Assembly: GCA_963836755.1 (NCBI GenBank)
Contig: CAWIKF010000002.1
Coordinates: 2,080,001-2,144,000, forward strand
Length of the DNA stretch: 64,000 nt
Direction of reading: 5' to 3'
Origin: an uncultured Verrucomicrobiae bacterium
Lineage (GTDB): Bacteria > Verrucomicrobiota > Verrucomicrobiia > Chthoniobacterales > Chthoniobacteraceae
Each line of letters starts with the position of its first letter. The first letter of the stretch is position 1. The position numbers were made by a program, and so were the translations under genes. This document shows positions 53,010 through 61,694 of the stretch, piece by piece. The notes below the pieces were generated by a model. The model had not been told where the DNA came from. It searched no databases and was given only the letters and a program-made list of their open reading frames with translations.

Positions 53010-53619
53010 CTTTCGCAACTGGAGGGAAACAACCAAGATGCGGGTTTCGTCACCCGCGGCGGGCGGCCTCGATCTTGGCGACGTCGATTTTGCCCATCTC
53101 CATCATCGCGGCGAAGACGCGCTTCGCCTCCTCGCCGCCCGCGGCCACCGCCTCGGTCAGGACGCGCGGGGTGATCTGCCACGAAAGGCCCCAGCGGTCC
53201 TGGCACCAGCCGCACTCGCTGGCCTCGCCGCCGTTGGCGATGATCGCGTTCCAGTAGCGGTCGGTTTCCTCCTGGGTGTCGGTCGCGATCTGGAAGGAGA
53301 AGGCACAGCTGTGTTTAAACTGCGGCCCGCCATTGAGGCCGACGCAGGGGATGCCGCAGACTGTGAACTCGACGACGAGGATGTCGCCAGCCTTGCCCGA
53401 TGGATAGTCGGTGGGCGCGTGGTGGACCGCCGTCACTTCGCTGTCCGGAAACGTGGCCGCATAGAAGCGCGCGGCTTCGAGGGCATCCTTGTCAAACCAC
53501 AGGCAAACGGTGTTTTTGGAACTGGTCTTTTGCATCGAGTGAATCTGGTCGGGTCCGGTTCGGCAGAGAAGCCTAAAGACGTCTTTTATTTTTCGTTCCG
53601 AACGCGCTACGCTAACTTT
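52998..53619. repeat. 16-bp exact direct repeat GCGCTACGCTAACTTT (52998-53013 and 53604-53619) bracketing one gene
   Basis: Identical cores; similar flanks CGTTCC.GAA / G.AAC..GAGG.AAA. Confidence 0.7.
53050..53535 (-). CDS. PhnB/3-demethylubiquinone-9 methyltransferase-like VOC protein
   Basis: CLWFDKDALEAARFY, LNGGPQF, QEETDRYW, CGWCQDRWGLSWQITP. Confidence 0.9.
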   Translation of the reverse strand: MQKTSSKNTVCLWFDKDALEAARFYAATFPDSEVTAVHHAPTDYPSGKAGDILVVEFTVCGIPCVGLNGGPQFKHSCAFSFQIATDTQEETDRYWNAIIANGGEASECGWCQDRWGLSWQITPRVLTEAVAAGGEEAKRVFAAMMEMGKIDVAKIEAARRG

Positions 53620-53635
53620 TGGAACGAGAGGAAAT

Positions 53636-54704
53636 TTAGTCGGGATTCTGCTCCGCTTTCAGCGTCGCCATATCGATGACGAAGCGGTATTTGACCTCGC
53701 CTTTCACCACGCGCTCCCACGCTTCATTGATGTCTTGAATGGCGGTCATCTCGACCTCGGGCAGGACGCCGTGCTCGGCACAAAAGTCGAGCATTTCCTG
53801 CGTCTCGCGAATGCCGCCGATGGCGGAGCCGGCGAGCGAACGGCGTTGCATGATGAGCGGGAAAACCTGCGGCGACGGATGCGGCGTGGCCGGCGCGCCG
53901 ACGAGGACCATGGTGCCGTCGAGCTTGAGGAGATTGATGTAGGGATCGAGATTGTGCGCCGCGGCGACGGTATTGACGATGAGGTCGAGCTGGCCGGCGT
54001 AGCGTTTCATTTCCTCGGCGTTTTTCGAAATGATGACGTCGTCGGCGCCGAGCTCTTTGCCGTCGGCGACTTTGTCGGGCGAGGTGGTGAAGAGGATGAC
54101 TTTCGCGCCCATGGCGTGCGCGAGTTTCACGCCCATGTGGCCGAGACCGCCGAGGCCGACGATGCCGACGGTTTTGCCGGGGCCGGCATTCCAATGGCGC
54201 AGCGGCGAATAAAGCGTGATGCCTGCGCAAAGCAGCGGGCCGGCTTTGGAAAGGTCCATGCCTTTGGGCACGCGCAAGACATAGTTTTCATCCACGACGA
54301 TGACGGTGGAGTAGCCGCCCTGCGTCGGCCGGCCGGTTTGCTTCTCGACGCCCATGTAGGTGCCCTGCATTCCCTCGATGCAGTAGTTCTCGAGATCGGC
54401 CTCGCAGTTCGCGCAATGGCGGCAGCTATCGACGATGCAACCAACGCCGACAAAGTCGCCGGCTTTGTGTTTGGTCACGTTTTTCCCGACCTTGACCACC
54501 TGGCCGATGATCTCGTGGCCGACGACCTGCGGATAAGTCAGCGGCATCCATTCGCCGCGCGCGTAGTGCAGATCGGAATGGCAGACGCCGCAATAATAAG
54601 ATGTCGATCTGCACGTCGTCGTCGCCGACATCGCGGCGCTGGAAGTCCCAGGATTTGAGCGGAGTTTTGGCGTCAAAGGCGGCGTAGGAATGGGCGTCGA
54701 TCAT
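53636..54704 (-). pseudogene. Zn-dependent NADP alcohol dehydrogenase (YahK/AdhC-like) with a +1 frameshift near 54595
   Basis: MIDAHSYAA...DVQIDIL in one frame continues as YCGVCHSDLH, GHEIIG, PLLCAGIT, GLGGLGH in the next. Confidence 0.85.
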
Positions 54705-54827
54705 AATGGGATGTGGAGTTGAGTGAGTGAGTTGAATGGTTCGCTGCGGGCGCTCTTTTTGCGCGTCTTCGTTCTTAAGTTTTACGGTAGGCTGTCCTTT
54801 GATGAAAGATACGATGGAGCGCGACTT

Positions 54828-55595
54828 TTACGTCAGCCGCCTCCGCTGTGGTGCGTGCGAAGTCTGCGCTGACACGCGCGAGACGCGGACTTCGGGGCGA
54901 TAGGTGATGCGCACGAGCAAATCCCCTCGTCCGCCTCTTGGCTTCGGCATTCCTTCGCCGACAATGCGAATGATTTCACCGCGCCCAACACCGGACGGAA
55001 TCTGCACGCGGAGCGGCGCTCCGGCGGGACTGGCGATCATTTCCGTTCCGCCCGCGGCAGCGCGACTCGAGCTGATGCGCAGATCGCAGCGCAGATCGGA
55101 GCCGCGGACTTTGAAACGAAAACCGGGCATGGGTCGCAGGCGCACATTGACGAACCCGCCGGCAAAGACGCCGGTGCGCGGAAGCCTAAAACGGGCGTTC
55201 GGCGCGGTGCCGGGAGGGATGTGCAGCGGATAGGTCTCGGGGCCGTCGGGGTTGGCGGGATCATTGACGCGCACTTCCAGCGATGTGCCACGGAGAAAAT
55301 CTTCGAGGCGAAGACGAACATCTTGCGCGATGTTTCGCTCGATCTTTCCGCCGCGAATGGGGGCTGATGCTTTACCGTTTCCCGTTTCGGAGTCGTAAGC
55401 GCGCCGGCGCGCGGGATCAATCAAGACTTCGTAGGCGGCGTTGAGTTCGCGGGTTCGCTCGTCGGCACTGGGCGAATCCGGATTTACATCGGGATGGTGA
55501 CGCTTTGCGAGCAGCCGGTAGGCGCCGCGAATCTGCGCGGCAGTGCAGGATCGGTCGAGGCCAAGCGTGGCGTAATGATCGGGTTCCAGTTGCAA
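54828..55595 (-). CDS. J-domain protein with DnaJ C-terminal domain (CbpA-like, no zinc finger)
   Basis: DHYATLGL, HHPDVN, LNAAYEVL, GEGMPKPRGGRGDLLV; start uncertain (55595 or 55631). Confidence 0.85.
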   Translation of the reverse strand: MQLEPDHYATLGLDRSCTAAQIRGAYRLLAKRHHPDVNPDSPSADERTRELNAAYEVLIDPARRRAYDSETGNGKASAPIRGGKIERNIAQDVRLRLEDFLRGTSLEVRVNDPANPDGPETYPLHIPPGTAPNARFRLPRTGVFAGGFVNVRLRPMPGFRFKVRGSDLRCDLRISSSRAAAGGTEMIASPAGAPLRVQIPSGVGRGEIIRIVGEGMPKPRGGRGDLLVRITYRPEVRVSRVSAQTSHAPQRRRLT

Positions 55596-55708
55596 TCGTT
55601 TACAAAAAATGTGGCGCAATCCTATCACCATGCGCTTAGTCCGTTAAACTGTTTACTGGTTTATCTTTCGCCGGTTCGGTGGGAAGCTAAAGGAATAGCT
55701 CGTATCGC

Positions 55709-57241
55709 ATGAAGAAGGACAACGGAAATCCCACGAAAGAACTCTACCAGCAGTTGCGCATGCTCACGTGCGACGAGCTATGGGACAAGGAGGTGACGCG
55801 GTTTAATCGTGCAGCTCCGCGCGAGCGACTGGAAAGAGTGGCCGTCGTGCGTGCGGTAGGTGTGGTCTTCTCGGAATCCGGGACTGAGATTCATAAAAAC
55901 AACGCGCGAAGCTGGCTGCGTGGACTGCTCAATGATCCTGCTGAAAAAATACGACGCTATGCGATCGCGGCCTTACCGAAGATCGGCGCGGGAGTGAACG
56001 AAGAAGCGGAACTTTTATCCCTGCTGGAAACAGCGAAAGTAGATCGCGAGAAGAAGTTTCTAGGTCATGCCCTGGAAAAAATCGGCGGCAGGAGGACCTT
56101 GGAAGTGATCGAGAAAAGTGGACTGGACTTGCAAACTCGTCAGAAGGTTAGAGCCAGTGTCGCACGACATGAGAGTCCTAGCGCGATCCGCATGGCTGCT
56201 GTGGTTGCGAATTACAAAGGACTGCGCATACACCTCCGCGGTCGTGATGGGTTGGAGAGCATCGTGGCTGATGAGGTAAAAGAATCGCCATCGGCGCGGA
56301 AGAAATTCCACGTCGAGCACGTCGGCCGTGGACTAGTAGCCATTACTCCAGCAGCTCCTTTTACACTCGCCGATATCTATCAGCTTCGCTGCTTTGGAAC
56401 CGTCAGCTTCGTTCTAGGTGTGGCAAATAAGTCTCACGAGATGGAAGCTCTCGCTTCGCTCATTACTTCACCACTCTCGCGGCGACTCTTTGAGACCTTT
56501 ACGGAAGGTTCCATTCGCTACCGCCTCGACTTTGTCGCCAAAGGTCATCAAAGAGGCGCGGTGCGGCAGATCGCCAATCGCATTTTTGCCTTATGCCCGG
56601 AGATACTGAATGACGCACGCAACGCTCCGTGGACGATCGCCATTTATGCTGCGGAACAAGGCGGCACGGTGGAGTTAAGTCCCAGGCTAGTTCCCGATCC
56701 GCGTCTCTACTTCCGGCGGCAGGATGTTCCCGCCGCATCGCACCCTCCCCTCGCCGCCTGCATAGCCCGTGTGGCGAGGCAGATGGCTGATGAGATAGTT
56801 TGGGACCCGTTCTGCGGCTCGGGGCTGGAGCTCATCGAGCGGGCGCTGCTTGGCGGAGTTCGCAGCCTTTACGGCACAGACCTAAGCGCCGATGCCATCG
56901 CGACTGCGAGGAACAATCTGGCCGCGGCAAAGCTCGCTCCTATGGAAACAAAGTTTACCTGCGGCGACTTCCGCGACTTTGCTGAGACGTTGAGCCCTAG
57001 CAGCGTCAGCCTCGTGATCACCAATCCGCCGATGGGAAAGCGTGTTCCGATTCCCGACCTGCGCGGCTTGATCGCGGACTTGTTCACCGTGTCGGCGAGA
57101 GTATTGAAACCGGGCGGCCGCCTCGTGTTTGCCAATCCATTTCGGATGGAAAGCCCTTCCCGCTCCTTGAAGCTCCAGTTCCGGCAAAGGGTGGATTTCG
57201 GTGGCTTCGATTGCTGGCTGGAGAAGTATCTGAAGACTTAG
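55709..57241 (+). CDS. HEAT-repeat plus class I SAM amino-methyltransferase (RlmL/Trm14-like)
   Basis: LLNDPAEKIRRYAIAALPKIG; WDPFCGSG motif I; TNPPMG motif IV; LKPGGRL. Confidence 0.8.
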   Translation: MKKDNGNPTKELYQQLRMLTCDELWDKEVTRFNRAAPRERLERVAVVRAVGVVFSESGTEIHKNNARSWLRGLLNDPAEKIRRYAIAALPKIGAGVNEEAELLSLLETAKVDREKKFLGHALEKIGGRRTLEVIEKSGLDLQTRQKVRASVARHESPSAIRMAAVVANYKGLRIHLRGRDGLESIVADEVKESPSARKKFHVEHVGRGLVAITPAAPFTLADIYQLRCFGTVSFVLGVANKSHEMEALASLITSPLSRRLFETFTEGSIRYRLDFVAKGHQRGAVRQIANRIFALCPEILNDARNAPWTIAIYAAEQGGTVELSPRLVPDPRLYFRRQDVPAASHPPLAACIARVARQMADEIVWDPFCGSGLELIERALLGGVRSLYGTDLSADAIATARNNLAAAKLAPMETKFTCGDFRDFAETLSPSSVSLVITNPPMGKRVPIPDLRGLIADLFTVSARVLKPGGRLVFANPFRMESPSRSLKLQFRQRVDFGGFDCWLEKYLKT

Positions 57242-57719
57242 CGAAAGACCCGCGATCTTCACCGTTGACATGAGCTGGCGCGTTTCAAAAACTGCGCAGA
57301 CCTATGGCACGAACTACGTTTCGCGAGCGGCGGCTGCGGAGTAATCGGCACGCTTCGCAACAATGAGCACGCTTGCCGATGAGTTTGTAGTATGGGTGAT
57401 GGCGGAGGAGCGGACGCAGGAAATTCCCCGGCTGGACCGAGGACGACGAGAAGGCATGAGGGAAGGATTCGGAAACGAAAACGCCATAGTTCCGACAAGG
57501 CCGCGCACGTAGCTTTGTAACATTTGGGTGACAATGCCATTCGCTTTTGCCGTCTCGCCCGGAAGCGTGTAACATCGTCGGCATATCGAGCCAAAACCAT
57601 CCAATGCCACTTGGACGCCGGTCGATCTGCGCACGCTGATCGGTCACACCCTCTCCGTCCCGGCGAACTGCCCGCTGGAGCAAGTCCACCAGCAGTTCGG
57701 AACGCACAATCGGAAATTC

Positions 57720-58892
57720 ATGGCCGTGCTCGATGGCGATGAAGTGCTAGGCGTGTGCTCGCGGCACGAGATCGGCATGCGGCTCGGCGCGCGCTATGGC
57801 TTCGCACTTTTCTCCCGCAAACCGGTGCGCAACTTTCTCTCCTCCTCGCCTCTCCTCGTGCAGGAGGATCAGGCGATCACCAGCGTCCTCGAAACGGTCT
57901 CGTCGCGCTCGGATGAAAGTTTTTACGACGATGTGCTGTTGCTCGATGCGAACGGGAAATTTCTCGGCCTGATCTTTGTCCACGCGCTCGTCCGGCTGCA
58001 GACGCAATTCCTCAGCGACAACATCGGCTTGCTCGAGGAGCAAAAGCGGGTGATCGATGAAAAGAATCGGCAGATGGAGGAAGATCTCGCCATGGCCCGC
58101 GAGATGCAGCTCGCGATGCTGCCGCGCGGGCAACTTTGCTTTCCCGCCGGTGCCGATGCCAGCGACCCCTTGATCCGATTCGCGCGGATCTACGTGCCGA
58201 CGCAAAAGGTCGGAGGCGACTTTGTCCACGTCGTGCAGCTGGGCGACGAATGCGTCGGCGTATTCATCGCCGATGTCATGGGTCATGGCGTTCGCGCCGC
58301 GCTCGTCACTGCGATGCTGCGCGCATTCGTCGAGGAGACTGGCTCCCGCGGCACCGAGCCCGGCCAATTACTCACGCAGCTCAATCGCGACCTTACCGCC
58401 ATCCTTCGCGAAGCCGGCGACCTCACCTTTGCCACCGCCTTTTATCTCATCGTCGACAGCCGCGCCGGGATGTTGCGCTACGCATGCGCGGGACATCCGT
58501 GCCCGGCCCGACTCAACCGGCGTCTCGGCACGGTCGAAATGCTCCACTGCCCGCGCACGATCGCGGGTCCCGGCTTGTGCGTCTTTCCCAATGCCGTCTA
58601 CGGCACGAGCCAAAGCAGCATCGAGGACGACGATGTCATCCTGCTCTACACCGACGGCGTCACCGAGGCGAGTAACTCCGACGACGAACTTTTCGGCATC
58701 GAACGCCTTCAGCAGGCTTTGCAAAAACATGCCATGCTCGAAGTGACCGCACTCGCCGAAGCCGTTTATAGCGAAGTCGAGCATTTCGCCGCCGACGCCC
58801 CCTTCGCCGACGACATCTGCCTCGCAGCGCTGAATGTCAGCCTTTGCGACTCGCCTCATGGGCTAGTGAAGGTGGGCCAGCAGCACGAGTAG
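57720..58892 (+). CDS. CBS-domain SpoIIE/RsbU-type PP2C phosphatase (true start probably further upstream)
   Basis: CBS-like N-terminus, coiled coil, AREMQLAMLP, VGGDF, ADVMGHG, AGHP, LYTDGVTEA, DDIC. Confidence 0.9.
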   Translation: MAVLDGDEVLGVCSRHEIGMRLGARYGFALFSRKPVRNFLSSSPLLVQEDQAITSVLETVSSRSDESFYDDVLLLDANGKFLGLIFVHALVRLQTQFLSDNIGLLEEQKRVIDEKNRQMEEDLAMAREMQLAMLPRGQLCFPAGADASDPLIRFARIYVPTQKVGGDFVHVVQLGDECVGVFIADVMGHGVRAALVTAMLRAFVEETGSRGTEPGQLLTQLNRDLTAILREAGDLTFATAFYLIVDSRAGMLRYACAGHPCPARLNRRLGTVEMLHCPRTIAGPGLCVFPNAVYGTSQSSIEDDDVILLYTDGVTEASNSDDELFGIERLQQALQKHAMLEVTALAEAVYSEVEHFAADAPFADDICLAALNVSLCDSPHGLVKVGQQHE

Positions 58893-59010
58893 AAGACTGC
58901 AGCTAAAAGCTTGCTGGAGCCAACCGAGAAAAGGCGGCGAGCTTTGTGCCGAGGCGTGGCTCATGGGCGAGGCTGGACTTTTAGAGTCCTAAGACCTTAA
59001 GCGATGGCAT

Positions 59011-59220
59011 TTGATTACTAGAAACACAGTTTTCATTCTAGGTGCCGGAGCTAGAGGAGCTGTGGGATATCCGTTGAGCAAGACGCTGCACGATGACCTT
59101 ATTACCCACATTTCTAATCGTTGGATTTTCCAAGGAGTCAGCGAGATTGACCTCAGTTTGGCAGAAGAGGAGTATCCGAGGCTCAGTAGTGGGCGTAGCC
59201 GGCATCACCGACTGGAGTGA
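59011..59220 (+). pseudogene. Truncated SIR2-like N-terminal fragment
   Basis: TVFILGAGA..GYPL resembles the SIR2 GAGxS start; only 69 codons; AT-richer. Confidence 0.5.
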
Positions 59221-59304
59221 CAGCGGGAGTTTGATGGTGGTGTAGCAGTCGCGGCAGCAAATCCGACCATCCGGCGAAGCGATGGCGTGCGAAATATTGG
59301 CGAC

Positions 59305-59646
59305 ATGGGATTGGTGAAACGCAAAACTCGCAAGGCGATCAAGAAGCAGGTCGGCAAAGTCATCAAGAAGCAGGGGCCGCAAATCGCGGCGGCGCTGGCG
59401 GCTTCGGTCTTGTCCAGTCTGGCGACGATGCTTTCGGCCGATTCGGAGACTGGCAAAAAGGCGAAGAAGAAGCTCACGAACACGGGCGCGGCGACTGGCG
59501 ATGCGGTTCATCTGCTCGGCAATGCTTTGTCGAAAATCCCGGCGGTGCAAAAGACGGTGGATGTCGTAGCCGAGACGGTCGGCGTTTCTAAAAAAAAGAA
59601 CCGCCCTGGCAAGGGTCGCGCGAAGGCGAACGGCGCGGAACAATAG
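59305..59646 (+). CDS. Small Lys-rich hypothetical protein
   Basis: ORF with host-like codons; basic termini around a hydrophobic core. Confidence 0.6.
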   Translation: MGLVKRKTRKAIKKQVGKVIKKQGPQIAAALAASVLSSLATMLSADSETGKKAKKKLTNTGAATGDAVHLLGNALSKIPAVQKTVDVVAETVGVSKKKNRPGKGRAKANGAEQ

Positions 59647-59660
59647 GGCATGAACTGGCT

Positions 59661-60008
59661 GTGTCGATTCACGATTGGCTGCGGCACCCGAAGGATGCGG
59701 CGCTCTCCGCGGGCGCGCGGTTTTACTGCAATCACAAACTGCGGGAGATGGGCGAGATGACGGAATTTTCAATTGATACAAAGAATCACTCAGTGCGACT
59801 GCGTCTGGATTTGCTCGGCGAACCCCAGCCGATCGAGGTGCAAGTCGCGAAGTTTTCGCTCAAGACAAAAGGCGGCGAGACGCGGATCGTGGTGGAGGAA
59901 GCGTCGGCGTCGCGCGAATGGATGAACGTGGCGCTGCGTGAGTTCGTGGTCGGGAAATCGTTCCCGGTGCCGCCGCAAGCGGCAACGTTGCTGAAGGTGC
60001 TCGTGTAG
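59661..60008 (+). CDS. Hypothetical protein
   Basis: 115-aa ORF with host-like codons, co-oriented with neighbours. Confidence 0.65.
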   Translation: MSIHDWLRHPKDAALSAGARFYCNHKLREMGEMTEFSIDTKNHSVRLRLDLLGEPQPIEVQVAKFSLKTKGGETRIVVEEASASREWMNVALREFVVGKSFPVPPQAATLLKVLV

Positions 60009-60144
60009 GTGTCGCGCGCGGCTGATGGGCTGGCGCAACTTTTACTCCGACGGGAAGACGAGAGCTATGCGCTGAGGCTCGACATCGCGCTCAACTTCCA
60101 CAAGGATGCGCACGCCGTTAAGCATTTTTCCAAAGGAGAATATC

Positions 60145-61311
60145 ATGAGCTCAGTCCGCGTATTAGTTGGCACGAAGAAAGGGGCGTTCGTCCTCACATC
60201 CGATGGGACGCGCAGCGATTGGAAAGTGACCGGGCCGCACTTCGCCGGCTGGGAGATTTACCATCTCAAGGGCTCGCCGGTCGATCCGGAGATCATCTAC
60301 GCGTCGCAGTCGAGCGGCTGGTTCGGCCAGGTGATTCAGCGCTCGGTCGATGGCGGGAAAACGTGGAATCCGCCGGGCAGCCGACCGGAGGATTTGGTCG
60401 GGCCGGGCGGCATGCCCAACGGCGCGAGCAACCTTTTCAACTACGAAGGCGGGACCGGCACGCACAAATGGTATGACGGGACGCAGCACCCGTGGGAATT
60501 TAAGCGCGTCTGGCATCTCGAGCCCTCGCACGACGACCCGAATACCGTCTTCGCCGGCGTGGAGGATGCCGCGCTTTTCAAGACGACCGATGGCGGCAAA
60601 AGCTGGAACGAACTCCCGGCCCTGCGCGGCACGAAGGGAAGCCTCTGGCAGCCGGGCGCGGGCGGGATGGCGGTGCACACGATCTTGCTCGATCAAAAGA
60701 ATCCGCAGCGCATTTACGTCGCGATCTCGGCGGCGGGCGCGTTTCGCTCCGATGACGCCGGCGCGACATGGAAGCCGATTAACCGCGGGCTGAAGTCGCC
60801 TTACGAACTTCCCGATCCCGATGCGGAAGTCGGCCATTGCGTCCATCGCATCGCGCTGCATCCGTCGCGGCCCGATGTCCTTTTCATGCAGAAGCATTGG
60901 GACGTGTTGCGCACCGACGATTCCGGCGAGCAATGGACCGAAGTCAGCGGCGATCTGCCGAGCGACTTCGGTTTCCCCATCGATGTCCACGCGCACGAGC
61001 CCGAGACGATCTATGTGGTGCCGATCAAGAGCGACTCCGAGCATTTCCCGCCCGAGGGCAAGCTGCGCGTCTATCGCAGCCGGACCGGCGGCAACGAATG
61101 GGAGCCGCTGACGAAAGGTCTGCCGCAAGAGCATTGCTACGTGAATGTCCTGCGCGACGCCATGGCTGTCGATTCGCTCGATGACTGCGGGATTTATTTC
61201 GGCACGACCGGCGGCCAGGTCTACTGCTCGCCCAATGGCGGCGACACATGGGCGCCGATCGTGCGCGATTTGCCGCCGGTCTATTCCGTGGAAGTGCAGA
61301 CGCTGCGGTGA
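60145..61311 (+). CDS. BNR/Asp-box beta-propeller (sialidase-like) protein
   Basis: AAGGAG RBS; repeated SxDGGxTW boxes; no signal peptide. Confidence 0.88.
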   Translation: MSSVRVLVGTKKGAFVLTSDGTRSDWKVTGPHFAGWEIYHLKGSPVDPEIIYASQSSGWFGQVIQRSVDGGKTWNPPGSRPEDLVGPGGMPNGASNLFNYEGGTGTHKWYDGTQHPWEFKRVWHLEPSHDDPNTVFAGVEDAALFKTTDGGKSWNELPALRGTKGSLWQPGAGGMAVHTILLDQKNPQRIYVAISAAGAFRSDDAGATWKPINRGLKSPYELPDPDAEVGHCVHRIALHPSRPDVLFMQKHWDVLRTDDSGEQWTEVSGDLPSDFGFPIDVHAHEPETIYVVPIKSDSEHFPPEGKLRVYRSRTGGNEWEPLTKGLPQEHCYVNVLRDAMAVDSLDDCGIYFGTTGGQVYCSPNGGDTWAPIVRDLPPVYSVEVQTLR

Positions 61312-61388
61312 AGTAGTAGGAGTGCTTGGTAAGTAGTGCTTGGTAAACACTGACACTTACTACTAAGCACTAGGCACTAAGCACTAAA
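61312..61388. repeat. Short tandem plus inverted repeats (AGTGCTTGGTA x2; CACTAAG/CACTAGG heptamers)
   Basis: AGTGCTT(G) units on the left are complementary to TAAGCACT units on the right. Confidence 0.7.
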
Positions 61389-61691
61389 ATGCCTTCCATC
61401 CGCATCATCATCCCCTACCACCTGCGCAATCTCGCGCACGTCGACTCTGAAGTGCGGCTCGAAATCGCACCGCCGGTCGCCATCGGCAAAGTCCTCGATG
61501 CACTGGAGGAAAAGTTTCCGGTCCTTCGCGGCACGATTCGCGATCACGTCACGCGGCAGCGCCGACCTTTCATCCGCTTCTTCGCCTGCCAGGAAGATTT
61601 TTCGCTCCACTCGCCCGACGCGGAATTGCCCGCGGCTGTAGTCAATGGCGAGGAGCCATTGATGATCGTCGGTGCGATGGCCGGCGGGTGA
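61389..61691 (+). CDS. MoaD/ThiS-family ubiquitin-like protein
   Basis: [19 protein letters not shown]-terminal AMAGG di-glycine. Confidence 0.88.
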   Translation: MPSIRIIIPYHLRNLAHVDSEVRLEIAPPVAIGKVLDALEEKFPVLRGTIRDHVTRQRRPFIRFFACQEDFSLHSPDAELPAAVVNGEEPLMIVGAMAGG

Positions 61692-61694
61692 GCC

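Noticed and set aside
54710..54740. GAGT short tandem run upstream of the alcohol dehydrogenase
   Set aside because: Only 4-5 imperfect units; reads as an ordinary A/C-rich leader on the coding strand
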